A stretch of DNA of 64,000 bases from Magallana gigas (lineage: Eukaryota): positions 50,468,001 through 50,532,000 of the forward strand of contig NC_088860.1 of assembly GCF_963853765.1 (NCBI RefSeq), given 5' to 3'. The notes under the pieces were generated by a model. The model was given only the letters and a program-made list of their open reading frames with translations. It had not been told where the DNA came from and ran no database searches. The first letter of the stretch is position 1; each line of letters opens with the position of its first letter. Of this stretch, positions 25,816 through 39,429 are shown piece by piece. A program made the position numbers and the translations under genes.

Positions 25816-27300
25816 ATTAGTCCCCTACTGGTTTCACCGGAGGGGACTATAGCTTTCATCTGCGTCCGTCAGTCCGTCTGTCCGTCCGTCTGTCTGTCCC
25901 ACTTCAGTTTTCCACACTTTTTTCTTAAAGTTTATGCGTTTAAGGAATAATATGAAATTTGCTGAACAGCTTCAAAATGTCAAACTCATATCAAGTTTAC
26001 ACTTTTGTAGCGTCTGGTTGACATATTTTCGATAAAATTCATTTTTTATATTCCAAATTTTTAATGTTTCGGGTTCGTTATCGGGTTCGGTGTGGGTTGA
26101 ATAAACGAGAAAAGTATGTAGTCAGTAATAATATCGTGCATTACTTCTACCATTCCTAGGCAGCTTTTATTGTTTTTTACAAACAAATAAGTTCTGTAAA
26201 ATAGTGTCAAGCACTGTGTTGTAAAGAACTGCGAACGCTAACGCCCGTTTCCCGCCTACATTTTACATCAAAATATTTAGGAATTTCTGTCAGATATTCA
26301 AAAACTAAGTTTTCTACTAAAAAGTATAATCAATTCCTAATCAATTTATATCAAAACAAAATTTGTAATACAATTATTTATTTTTAAACAAATTTTTGCT
26401 AAAAAAAATTCATTGAAATCGGTCTCTATGAGTGAGGAAAATTTTATTTAGCGGCCAATATGTGCATAAAAACTTAATGATAACATATTTACGATATGTA
26501 TTAAAGTAAAATTTCATTTTAAATCAAATCTGTTAATTAGTTTTCGAAAATTTACAAAGCAAAATTCTTTTTTTTTGGAATGTATTTCGGTCTGTAGACA
26601 TATGTTTCCCCCCGTGAAACAACAAACCCTTTGGTAAAAATATGCTAAATAACAATAATTAAAACCCCCCAAAAGGAATTTTTGATTCACGGGGGGGAAA
26701 GATGTTTTAAAAAACATTTCTGTTTTCCGTTATTTCCTATTATGAAATGAGCTAATTTAACCCAAAATACAAAGTTATCTCGCTTTGTTTGACCAAATCA
26801 TTTATATCTAATGAAAATATACATAAATGTTTACATTAATATAAAAAAATTACTTTAATTAGACAACTTTCAAAAATTGACTTTTAGTTAGGCGGCTAGA
26901 CAATGCTATCGTTCGCAGTCCTTTAATCGACAGGGTTTTTGGAATTATTTACAACTGGGTTCGTCATCGGGTCGGTCTGTTGATTCGGGGTACAGAAGAC
27001 GGTAAGTAATGATATTCTGCATAACAGTGCATGGTTTTCACAAATTTCTACCAGCAAATACTTAATGAACTTGGCGAAATTGCGGGAGATAAAATAAAGA
27101 ATATAAGTTTACCCATTTTTTATTTTATTTCTATATCAAGTATGTAGTTTGAATTTCTTCCGTTTTTTTTTATCTCTGATTAAAGCATAACATCTCGTTT
27201 ATGATAGTTTTGAAATAGATGTATGCTTCGAAACTTTCATAGAATAATACAAACCGGTAGGGGACGTGTATTGCTTATGCAATACTCTCAGAATGCTTGT
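25816..27300 (+). mobile_element. HINE / Helentron-type element
   Basis: 5' tagtcccctactggt with IR aggggacta; (GTCC/GTCT)n; 3' accggtaggggac and stem-loop gtattgc...gcaatac. Confidence 0.85.
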
Positions 27301-29139
27301 TTTGTTTGCTTCGTGATTTGAGTTTCCAAAGCCTTTGACTCATATTGATGATAACTGCTTCTTGTTACCATATGTGGCCATCTTATTTTATTTATAGATA
27401 GGAAATATAATCCACTGAACCATTTAGGTGCAATTTTATATGAGGTACATAGGTATGTGAAAGTTATATTAAACAATATATTAGAAATGACACAAGTAAT
27501 AAATATGTTTGTTTGAGTGTGAATTATAAATTAAGGAAGAACACAGCCTGTGGGAAGGAGCTTAATGCAGACAATTTTAAAACCAAACATGGTAATCGGT
27601 TTGTGTTGAAGGATAACAAACTAACTTTTACATACAAATACTTTGCCTACTGAAATGTCTTATACATGTATTTCTAAAATATTTTAAATTCACGACATTT
27701 ATCAAAAATCCCTCAATAGAATAGCTTTGTTTTTATCACGGCAAAAGTCCGATTTAATCATATGTTATTATCATATGATATAATACACAAAACCTTCCTT
27801 GATTAGGCATCAGGCATTCTATATCAAGTACAAGGTAAGTGAAATACTTTTAAGAAAATGTAAATATCAGTAGAATGTTTTAATCTAGTATTAAATATAA
27901 AATGTCTCTATATTTTAAGGTTGTAAAAGAATTTCAAGCAAATCAACATTATACAGCCTTATGACTGTATTGATGAAAATATGACTGGCAACGTATCTTC
28001 GGTAATTTTCGTAATAATCCAACTTTAAATTAGCGTTTTCGTGATCAGTTTTACATCGCATAATAATCAATAACCAGAAATATTATCCGGTATTGTGTGC
28101 TACCAGAAATTTTTTAATTGCAAATATGAATGAAACGCATAAAAAAAAGTTACACATTTTCCAAAATTTCGCAAAAAACTGGGATATAAGGTAAGTATCG
28201 GTTAGGAAAAATAAAAAAAATATGAAAAACTATTGTGAAATCGATCAGTACGCATCTTAAATTTGAATCTCTCTTGGTTTATAATATTTTCATTTAAAAT
28301 TTAAAAATTAAAACGAAATTAATTTCAATAGTTATTTGTTTGTGTATGCCTGATTAAGATATATATAAAATGAAGGATTCCTTTTCCAACGTAACTATAT
28401 AAATTATTATGTAGAACCAAGACGAAGGAAACAGTATCATCATCTCATTTGATATTACCATTTAATATACGAACTATTCATAACACAATTTTAAGGACAT
28501 ATTTAGACAGTGGATACCGAGTTTCACACACTTTACCAGGTAAGGCTAGGGCTCCCTGAGATTTATGCGAAAGCCGATCGGTGAGATTTGAACTATAAAA
28601 CTCGTATATGAAATAAAAGTTACAAGCTTAGAAATTCCATTTCTAAAATTATTAAGTTCATCAAATCATGAATATGAAAAGCCTGATGTATCCTTGCGAC
28701 ACCAAATAGTTCTAAATTAAGACAATCCTTGCTTACTGTTCCCTACCTACATGAATGTTTCATTAATGAAAAAAAAACCTAGACGATTTTTTTTTATGAT
28801 TGACAAACAACAAAATTCAAATCATCCATTATTCATTAATTGGAATTCATTGATGCAAATGATGTAAGCTCTTCCAATCACCAAGTAACAAAATCGGCGT
28901 AGGTGCTTGAGAACAGGAATGACCCTCCCCCCCTTTTCCATACTTTTTCTCTTTTTTATCATTAAAGCATCCTTTTATGAAATATTTCGATTCTAATTAA
29001 TATTTTTCTGCGCAAGTTTTGTATGTTTCTTGTTGATACCATTATATACTGTATATTTTAAAACGTTTAGAAAGGGTTTTTATCTTGATTAAGACATAAG
29101 TCGACATAGAGATATTCGGTGGTAAAATTACCAGCAGTT

Positions 29140-29141
<2 letters not shown>

Positions 29142-29230
<89 letters not shown>
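29142..29230. repeat. (AT)n microsatellite
   Basis: Direct reading. It explains the spurious YIYIY ORFs. Confidence 0.95.
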
Positions 29231-29233
<3 letters not shown>

Positions 29234-29285
29234 CAATATAGTATTGGTAACGATTCCACAAATCGGTTATATATCAAACAGTGAG

Positions 29286-29415
29286 NNNNNNNNNNNNNNN
29301 NNNNNNNNNNNNNNNNNNNNNNNNNNNNNNNNNNNNNNNNNNNNNNNNNNNNNNNNNNNNNNNNNNNNNNNNNNNNNNNNNNNNNNNNNNNNNNNNNNNN
29401 NNNNNNNNNNNNNNN
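29286..29415. other. Assembly gap (130 N)
   Basis: N run. Confidence 1.
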
Positions 29416-29584
29416 GTTTTGATTCATTTGATTAAAAAATATCAACTATTTAGAGTTTATGTATAAATTTTCATTATTATAATGAATCATAAAACAGTCA
29501 TTCATATATATCTATAAAATGTAGTTTATATATTATATAAATACAAATATTATAATTGGAATATCCTAATCAATATCACAGACG

Positions 29585-31977
29585 TCATAGTTCTACGTCA
29601 TGTAAGCGGCCATCGTACTTGTCGGGTCCGTTTGATTTCTGAACACAAGTTGATTCAAAGGAAGTTCCATGTGTGTTCAGGTTAATTCCCCCTTCACGTT
29701 TTGGAGTTATCTTTACAGTGTTTGGCGATGAAACACTAGGACACTCCGTAAAATAGTTGAAAGGAAGTAGATAAAAAGTCACCTGACTTCCGGCCGTGGT
29801 GGTTGACGGGACATCCTCTGTATGGGGGATGTGTAACAGACCCATTGTCACCCACGCTACAATATCAGTGTTCACAATGGAGTCGTTATTTTGTATAAAC
29901 TTATCGAAATCCAACAGTGGGTCCCAGGGGTCGTTTTGAGCGTATATAGAACTACTGGTGTCTTCAAAGTCGTGGTATTTTGTAACGGCCAGCGGGTATT
30001 TCGCCCAGTTTGCTGCTTTCGTGGCTTCGTTCTCCTGTAAAATAAACTTAGATATTCCATGATTGAGAATTCGATAGCCACGCTCCGACTTGAATTTGCT
30101 GGTGGCATCCATGTTTAGGATGACGTCATACTTTGGTTTCGTGTTGTTGAGTTGTCCAGGACCAGCGTCCAACTCGTTCTCTTGAATATTTTTCTCGAAC
30201 ACCATTTCTGTTTTGTGAACTCCTTTAGACCAGGCCACTTCCGTTCTATGTGTAGATACATCGAGTGTAGCGTAGCTATTCTGAACACCGTTTATATCAA
30301 GATCTACTTTGTAGTTGAACAGATGCTGGTGAATATTAGCCACTACGTCATTGTAAATAGGATACCCAAATTTCCTCTCTCCATACAGGGCGTAAGTAGC
30401 TTGAACATACCCGGTGGCGGACACTCTTACCTGTACAGCGCCGTTCTGATGAAAAATGTAGTCAAAGATGTAATCGTAATTCCAGATATTGGTAATGGTC
30501 CGTACAATGAGATGGTAGTCCACCAAACCGGCATATCCCGAGTATCCCCCGGGAAAGTTGGTGTAATGACGTCGCAGTGGTATGTTTCCCGTATTCTCGA
30601 AGATACACACAGAGTTCTTAATCCTCCAGGGATCCTGTGTATTGGTCAAGAAGTCGGCGTCAAGGAACACCGCTGTTTCCGGGCAATCAACGCCCGGAAC
30701 CAGTTCATTACAAGTCGCGCCCATCATCCAAGAGGCGTCGAAGTACATGCTTGTCCCTTGAACGGGGCCGTACCCTGAATAGAACACTACGGCGTCCTGT
30801 AGCGATATCTCGTATGCTATTCTTTCTTCTTGAAATCGCACATCAAAAACGTGAAGCCCAGTCGACGGCCTCATTTTAAAATCAAAGTCCCAATGCATAT
30901 AGGAGACATGTTGCCCATCTACTCGGTACCGTCGCCCGTCGGGCTCCACAAGCTTGGGACCCTGTAGAGGGTCGGGCATCTCACTTTTTCCACGGCGGTT
31001 ATACGACGAGTACAGGTATTCTTTAGCACCCAGGGGTTCATAGTTTATCTTACGTAGAAGGTTGACGCCGCCATACCGCGTGACGAGGTCGTCCACCTCA
31101 TAGAACTGCTGTCCGTTATACACTATTTTGGTCACTTTCCATTCTTTGACATTGGTCGATTCATGATCTATCTGGATCTCTAGGCCCAGCGGGTGCAGGT
31201 AAAAGCCCTCAACGTCTCGAAACGACCAGAACCATGTCTTGCGTTCCCCGCTAACGCGTCCTCTGGGGGCTATATCCCACCATAGTAAGCAGTCCACGCC
31301 TTTGGTACAATTATGATACGACAATTTATAACTCCCGTACATCAACGGATACAACTCAACAGATATATTATAAAGCATTGAGTATAAGACATCATATTCT
31401 ATTTTGTCAACGGGTTTGGCACTGTACGGAATTCTGGATTTAGTAAAGGACGGATTGGTCACTAGTTTGTGGTAGGTGGGGTACGGTAATGGTCCAACAA
31501 TGTATTCCTCCACCCTAGGCGGTGTCATATCCCCTCGAATGATGATCGCCTTAGCCGTCCGTTCAGGCTGTTTACTTATTCCTTGTAAGAATGTTAAGAC
31601 TGTGTCCTTTAAGGGCATGAGGTGGTCGATCATGTAGATATAAGAACTGTTGATGGATGCCTGCGAGAACGGCACTACGTTTAATGATTTCACATTGAGG
31701 AGGTAGTCACGTGCTGAAATATACTCCCGAGGGGTCAGTCCATCAAACACTCGCGGATTTTCGAAGTCACGAGGAATCACGCTGTACCCCGGGGCACAGG
31801 TTGGTCTCTCTAATTTGATGACAGCCAGAGCGATGATTACGGCGATGAAAAGTACACAGAGAACACAAGAGACGAAGGCTGTCACTTTGAGGGCAAACAG
31901 TGGCGTACATCTTCCTGGACCATCCGATGACGAACCATCTTTACTGGACGCCATAGTGAACGTTTCTGGGACGCGGC
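29585..31977 (-). CDS. AOC1: Copper-containing amine oxidase (AOC1/AOC3 family) with N-terminal type II membrane anchor; main exon, 789 aa from ATG 31954
   Basis: TPQ consensus WNYDY, Cu ligands HQH and LHIPH, active-site base region YFDASW, N-terminal hydrophobic stretch AFVSCVLCVLFIAVIIALAVI. Acceptor ctttcatttgcttttccag precedes 31977. The symbol indicates family membership only, not orthology. Confidence 0.93.
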
Positions 31978-34900
31978 CTGGAAAAGCAAATGAAAGTTTG
32001 AAATTTCATACGAACATTAACCTAGTGTTTCTGATAATGTTGTGAGCAGGATCTTTATAAAAATCCCTTCAGCGAATAAATAAACGTGTCAATTTATCAA
32101 ATAAAAACTAAAGAAGTTGTTAAATTTACATCTCAGAGATCAGATAGCTACAGGGAGTGAGTTGTTTGCGGTACTGGAACAGCATGATAGAGCGACTTCT
32201 GGGGGAGTTTATCTGAGGGAGAAATTTATTCCCTGCCGAGGGCGGAGGAGAAATTGATTGTGCCACTCATGCTGGAGTTCACGGCTGTTACACTATCTCA
32301 CCCACCGGTTCTCTATCTCGGCTCTCTATCTCGGCATCTCATTCCTGAGATATTTTTGGCCCGATAATGTGCCTTTTTTATGCCTAACATTGTGACGAAT
32401 TCATTGTTAGAAAGGCTTCAGTACGCCCACAATTCAAGATCTGCATGACAGTATGTGTAATATGGAGAGATATCATTACGTGTATGAGAACTGTTTATTA
32501 ATGTACACGTGTAACGAAGTTTGTGAAATCAAAGAACATAAATTTAAAAAAGGAACTCAAATATATTGATAATATCTACATTCCTTTAATGTCCATACTA
32601 ATTTGACTTTAATTTACAAATCTATAGGGTTTAATATTTTAAGGATACATTTTCATACAATGTCATGCTATTTGGAATGGAGTAACTGCATTTTTCTCTC
32701 TCTTTGTTTTCTCTTTTTTTTAATTTTGCGTATCAGCTATTTATCTGAAATTACACACTATTTTACAAACAAGAAAAAATGATTGCAAAATGATATAACA
32801 AAACCTATTTTGTGATAAAATCGCTACAAACATTAACATACATGTAAAAATGATAAACACTGTAAGCATTAAATTGTTGATGATTATAACTTATCTCTTG
32901 TTTAAAAACATTCAGTACAGTTCCTGATAATTCCTGATTAACGCATTTATTAAGGACAAATTTAAATAACTAATTAATTTATTTATTGAAATATTTATGT
33001 TTTTGGTAAAATCTCGTTAATAAAGCGCGTTGTCATTTAAAAAATTTGAATAATGTTTTTACAAAATAAAATAGTTTATTTACTATTCAATTAATAGAGT
33101 ACTGTTTATCAAGAACATACTTGTAAAACTTTTAACTAACATTGCATGCATTTAAAGTTCAAAGGTTAAAATTGTGCTTAAATTAGTTTTTTAAATCAAT
33201 TTTTAAATGTAATATAATTTTTAACAAAATTAAAAAAAATTCGGTAACGTTTTTACTGAAATTTCTGAGAATTTTAATAAAGCATCAATTTAATGCCAGT
33301 TTTTTTTAGCTGTCACCGATTACAGTGGACATGCCGTGCTATCCTTGTATCGGCATAGGACGGCTGCCACATATAGTGACACTCAAACCATGAAATGCCA
33401 CAACGGACTCTCTATGGACCCTTACCCTCATGTATTCCCCGTAAAGGAATCTAAATAATATAAATACTTAAAACCCAACAAACCAAGCGTTTAGATAATA
33501 TGCACATTAGAAATGCATATAAATGGAGCAGACAAATCTTGCGTACTAACGACCAAAAGGTGTAACGTATAAAACTTACCGTATCAAAGCTTGTGTTATT
33601 AACTGGCGACTATCACGATAATGAAGTGTTTAAGCCTATGTTACGATAAAATATAATCACTCTTATTTGTAAATTATGTGGTCTATGGTGCATTAGTAAT
33701 TACACTTCGAAATGGTTACGCAGGAAAGTCATGACGGAAATTATGTTTTGACGTTAAATGATTGTTTTTTTTAAAATTTCATTTTGAATGGTTCGATGCA
33801 GTGCGCAATTGTATTGCAGAATAGAGAGCATATCCATTACTTTAATATGCTCAGGGAATTTATCGTTATGCATAAAAAAATTTAATAAAAATAATGCCGG
33901 TTTATTCAAGCAGGTGTTTCTGAATTATGTCCATGAACACTTATTTGATAAATTCTGACCTGATAACGATAATTTGTTTTTATAAATGATATCATTTTTA
34001 ACCCACAAAGAAATGGGCTATTGGTAGTTGTACATGGATATACCCGTTTTTCATTAAATAAAATTTTTTAAAACTTACCAGTATATTATTAATTTCTCTG
34101 TAAATCCATGGAAATACGTGAATGAACATATCATTTATATTTTCTTTTTATCAAGTTTCGTTACATGAAAATATCTAAAAATGTTTTTTGTTTTGATTCA
34201 ATTTTGTTACAAATGTACATGTACGTTTCTTCCAAAGGGAGGGGGGGGGGTGCTGTGCTGGTTTTTTTTTTAAATTTTGTGTGTTTTTCTTTTTGAAAGG
34301 GGGAGGTTCAAAAACTGAAATTATGGAAGAAATTTGAGAACGAGATTGACAAGCCTGTCGAATGAACCAATAAATACTGTGTGCAATGAATACGGTGTGT
34401 TTGTGCCAATCATATATCGACTAGTTACTATTATTGAAGATACGTTCTATAAAAACTTCATCAGACAGACATAAGATGCACATATTATCTCTATCAGTCA
34501 CTAGACGCGTACGGTTCTTTTGATGATGACGTCGGCGTCTGACTATGAGTGAGGGGTCCTACAATTTCTACTGACCTAATTACAAACTTCATTAGCCAGA
34601 GCCTAATGAGCTTCACTTGATTTACCCATTCTACACTACAATGTAAAATGTAGGCAGCCATGGGCGTGCGGTGTTTATAACTTACCATACTGAGAGTTGT
34701 AGCTTAGTCTCTCCATTTATAACCGTTTGAACAATGGTATACACAATCCTCGCACATTTGCCACACGTTTATGACAGACAATCAATATTTACAATCATAA
34801 TAATACAGACGCTGATCTTACAGGCCGCCGCTGAGTGAATCGATACACGTGCACTGCACGCTCCACGTCCCGCGGGCGGGATCAACAGTTCAGCCTCATC

Positions 34901-35317
34901 AAGATCTTACTCTCCCACCTTTATACGTTAATTGAAAAGTGTCTCTATCTTGTTGTACATCGTTACAAATAAAAAGAGGTGATTTTAATTTAAGAGGAAG
35001 AAAAATATGAATGTCACGGAGAAATTCTTGCTCCTATTCGTACTCCAAATTAGATCTTTTGTATTTACCTTTTTACTGCGTGTATATGAAATAAATCGAT
35101 ATTCAAAATAAGTCACCTTCACTCTTTACTGCAGAATATGAATGGTAATGAATTAATCTTCGGCGTTCGAATAAATGAATAATAAATTCATTAAATGTAT
35201 TATTTCTTTCATTTGACAACATATACAATGAGATGACTGTTGATTGAAATAAAAAAAAAGTTTGATCCACCAGTTTATTTTAGATAGAAAAATTAGAATG
35301 GAATTGTGGGTACATAC

Positions 35318-35468
35318 CCGGACACGGCTGTATCTCCGGACTCGTGTCTGTGTGTGCGCCGTTATGTTTGGCGGACATCGGCGCCATGCCGTACGTCCGG
35401 GTCCGACTTAGGGCAGATCCCAGGGAAACATCAATCATCGCCCCTCGGTCCGCGCGGTGCCTGGTCAG
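35318..35468 (-). CDS. Candidate upstream exon of the amine oxidase gene (MIDVSLGSALSRTRTYGMAPMSAKHNGAHTDTSPEIQPCP)
   Basis: CpG-rich and fully open. Acceptor tgtttatccttag before 35468. Donor CCGG|GTATGT is phase 1 and joins in frame to the 31977 acceptor (G+GC CGC GTC CCA GAA ACG TTC ACT ATG). Confidence 0.55.
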
Positions 35469-36442
35469 CTAAGGATAAACAGGTTTTCTATGGCACTAGT
35501 GTTTAGTTTTTATCATCCAACTCACAAAGTGTAAACATTACGGGATAGATATTATACACAAACGTCTGTCGAACGGGATAAGTATGGTACCGCATAATAT
35601 ATCCTCCATTTTGAAAGAAAAGAAAAAAAATGAACACAAAAACACGTTCAACACGTGCTGTTTGTGAATAAGCGGCAGATTATTGTAAGAAGTACACACT
35701 GTGATTCATACAGCATTGATGAGGCAGAGGGTTGCTTTTCGCAGTGGTTCTTTCAAAACTCCCAGAAATGTAAACAGTGATGGCTGGTGTAGATTATCTC
35801 ACAGACGATTGCGCATAAATCGCATTGGAAAAAAGGATTAATGCCACTTGTGATTTCGCTAATTAGTAATTCCAGAATGCACTGTGTAAACGGTCTACTT
35901 TGTGTAAAATTATCTTATTATCGTTATTGTGGGCGAAGTAATATTCTTAAACATTACATGCATTCTGTGCTATATTTCGAATCAATGAATGCAATGTAAA
36001 TGGTGCAGTCCGCATGGAAAAACGATTTCTCCTCCGTTTATTATTAGATTCATGGCTATGAAATAAATTCTATCATGAATAGAGAGAAACTGGTGACCAC
36101 TGATAAACTATATTGAACGTATGTTCTGCCCCAAATCCAAATGTGCTTGCGCCATCATTTTTCGGAATGAAAGCGTGTTTGTGTATGTGGGGAGGGGGGG
36201 GGGGTAGGCACATTGTGATTTTAATGTTAGTAAGAGAACACAATATCACTGGTTTAATGTGTTGTTGATGCGGAATTTTAAATACTTTTAATTTCAAAAG
36301 ACTATAAAGAATAATGTTGAGACAAAGTATCAACCTTTGCAACTTTGTTAAAGAGCAAAATGTTGAATACAAAAACCTATATTAAATTGCATTTTTTTAA
36401 TAATAAAAATTAACTTAAAAAATATTAACCAGATTAACATGT

Positions 36443-36990
36443 TAGAGAGGTTGAGATTTCAAACGCATACGGGTACGTGTACGTGAACTTGGGGAATCAC
36501 CTAAATTCTTCGCGTATTACGTCATCAGTTTTTGTGACGACATGGTTTCTACACGTTCTCTAAACTTGTAGAGTGTTGTCTACACGTACATGTAAGTACA
36601 AACGTGTAGCTTTTTACAACAAATAAAATCTTACTGATGAGTGAATGTATTCTTGTATATAATACATTATATAAATTTTTAAACTTCATTTACATGAACA
36701 TTGATAAGAAATTTACCATTGATTTTGAATTAAATAAATAAATTCATGTCACAAAAGTGCGTCGATTTACGTACACATTTATATCCTACAAGTAAAGAAA
36801 TCTCAACTGATAAATTACAAAAAACGTGCAGTTTTAACACACGTAAGCATACCCGTACACTTTTAAAATCTCAACCTCTCTATTGAGATTAATAGAGAGG
36901 TTGAGATTTAAAACGTTTACGGGTAAGTGTACGTGTATGAAAACCACACGTACACGTACAGGTTTTTGTAATTCATAATAAAAATCGATT
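36443..36990. mobile_element. MITE-like element with ~45-bp TIRs (36443-36882), followed 10 bp later by an inverted end of a second copy
   Basis: tagagaggttgagattt...acgggta.gtgtacgtg at 36443 and 36893; its reverse complement ends at 36882. No TSD identified. Confidence 0.7.
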
Positions 36991-37049
36991 TTCCCACTTG
37001 AATATTCTTATGTTTATTAATCAATAATCATTAGTCCTTTTTCTAACAG

Positions 37050-37778
37050 GGTGATTTTATAGTCATATCTAATGTTAAGCATTGCAGTTCTCGAAAAATC
37101 CCACACAATTGTTTATATATGGGGTATAAACCTACATCAAACCCTTAACCCCCTAGTGATGCCCAATAATCGTCCAGAGACTAAAGTCTAAACAGTTTTA
37201 AAGAATCAGCAATATGTCAAACAAATTGCATATATAAGTAAAAATGTATATTAGAACATTTCAGCTTTTGGGAATAATTAAAATGTTTCCTTTGTAAAAC
37301 TGGATCCCAATGTAGCCACACCCTTTACTCAAGATTTTTCTCTATTTCTTTGACATTTTTGTCCCCTTACGTTGCCACCCCATTGTACCCAATTTAACTT
37401 CAATATACACTACCTAGATTAATAACTGTCAATCTTTTGTTTTGTCCCGGCCCGGTTTTGCCTACCCAGTTTACCAAGACTCGTTGGTTTACCGAACCCG
37501 AAGCTATAAACTGATTGAAACACGCCTTTCCTTTAATATTATTTTCGTAATAACTCAGATTTGAAACAGAATAAGCCCATAATTTTTGCAATTTATATGT
37601 TCCTTTTCATAGGAATTATTTATGCTAAATTACAATGAATTTGACTCAGTAGTTCTTGAGAAGAAGATTTTTGAAAATGCACCCCCCCCCCCTTTTTTTT
37701 TTACACTTTCGAGGTTTCTCCGCTTTGAATGAAAATTGGTCTTTCATTTTTGCAATTTATATTTCCCTTCCAATAGCA

Positions 37779-37810
<32 letters not shown>

Positions 37811-37908
37811 GAGTGGTTTTAGAGAAGAAGTTCAAAATGACAGACGGACGACGGACAAAATGTGATCAGAATAGCTCACTTGAGCTTTCAGCTTAAGTGA
37901 GCTAAAAA
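37050..37908 (-). mobile_element. Degenerate HINE/Helentron-type element, repeat resembling oyster Cg170-type satellite units
   Basis: aatttggttgaaattggcc.agtgg...agaagaag units, gacggacgacggac microsatellite, terminal IR agctcactt...aagtgagct. The family link is from recollection, not a search; left boundary approximate. Confidence 0.65.
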
Positions 37909-38486
37909 GTCCAAACGGCAAAATGACGAATAAATTGAGCCCCGAGAACTCAGAAAAGGAGAACGACGTATAGTACGCATTGCTTCGCCACAACAGAGTC
38001 GACAATAAAGTACAAAAGGCGACCTTATCACTAGACTGTTGTTTTTAAATGTCTTATATACACATACATATTTAACAGTTTACCTGGATATGAACTTGGT
38101 CGGTACGTAATTTTATCTCCTGAGAAGTCGTCTGGGCTTCGATTACGTAACCAATCAAGTTCATATTTCGTAACTTTTTTAAATTGCTGTGATTTTCTTC
38201 ATCTTTAGAAATAATGATTTTAAAATGAAATAAATCTAAAAACCCTTGGGGCCGAAGAAAATTGATTAATTTGACGCTTCATCTGTCAAGGGTTTGTGGG
38301 TAGTGGAGTGAACAACATTTTTTTTTTTGGTAGCAAATACTGTTCAGTGGTAGTTTATATGATTGATTCTTACTTCTGCTTTTAACGTAATGCGATTTTT
38401 ACTAATAATTTACTTACCAGGACTTAAATAATATCGGAGTTTGATAAAGCTCTGAACTTTTTTTATCATTTTCAAATCGCAGGTCC

Positions 38487-38672
38487 ATGGAAGTCGAGTT
38501 CAGCCAACAGGATGAAGCAAGTTGTCATCTCTGTGAGACTCCAGCCCCTCGTGAACCTAGTGATGTTTGTGGCGTACATCTGTGTGAAGACGGTAAAGGG
38601 AAACATCTCTCTGACGAATCAGAAGAACACAAATTGGTACTAGTTAGACACGGTGGATTGAATTTTAAATGT
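38487..38672 (+). pseudogene. Truncated B-box1 gene fragment paralogous to 56789
   Basis: CHLCET...DVC.VHLC.D..GKHLSDESEEHKLV aligns to the 56789 ORF; two Cys are replaced (S, G); acceptor tcgcag just upstream; homology stops after ~62 codons. Confidence 0.75.
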
Positions 38673-39266
38673 GTTTTATTATTTATTTATAATTCCATAT
38701 TTGTTTGTAGCCCGCTATTTCATCAGTTAGGTCAAAGAGTTTACATTAAATTTTGTAAAAACATTTTGATGACACACATTACTCACGCAATAATCAATAG
38801 TCCGCTTGACGTTACGCATAAATCTTGTAAAATGAATTGTTTTATTAGTACAATTTGTTTGAAATCCTGTGCACAATGATATATGATTGTATTATAAAAA
38901 TAAAAAAATAAATATCTTCAAACTTTGCCCTCATATTAATTGGTTTTGAGCAGTGTACGCCTTTTTATTAATCGCGGTTTATAAAGCGTAAACTGCCCCA
39001 AACCATTTTATATCGTATAAAACTAATAAATATTGAATTCATACCTTAAATAATTTAATTCTGGTTGTAACGCGGCATTTGATTGGATAGAAAAATTAAG
39101 TTAAATTTGTATAACTTGGTTTGCACGTCACAAAACACGTCACAATGCACTAACGTCAAAAACGTACTAATCCGCTTGACGTTACGTTTGAATTTTGAAC
39201 AGATTAATATCATTTTTAAAAGTAAACGGACTCAATTTGTACAGCAAATTACAGAAAATTAAATTA

Positions 39267-39429
39267 TAAGGAATGAACTCAATGTCTACCCAAGTTATAC
39301 GAGTATAAACTGGGTTGGAGCAATTTACGCTTTTTTTATAATCCGCTTCGCGGATTAATTATAAAGCGTAAATTGCCCCAACCCAGGTTATACTCGTATA
39401 TCTTGGGTAGACATTGAGTTCATTTCTTA
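39267..39429. repeat. Long hairpin with ~80-bp arms and gc-ttc-gc loop, part of a palindrome-ended element array
   Basis: taaggaatgaactcaatgtctacccaag... pairs with ...cttgggtagacattgagttcatttctta. Confidence 0.9.

Noticed and set aside
29067-29466. ORFs over (AT)n and N run
   Set aside because: Microsatellite and gap artefacts.
29872-32045. Overlapping and antisense ORFs within the amine oxidase, including 208 aa at 30152-30778
   Set aside because: Shadow ORFs expected opposite a GC-richer coding strand; no independent motifs.
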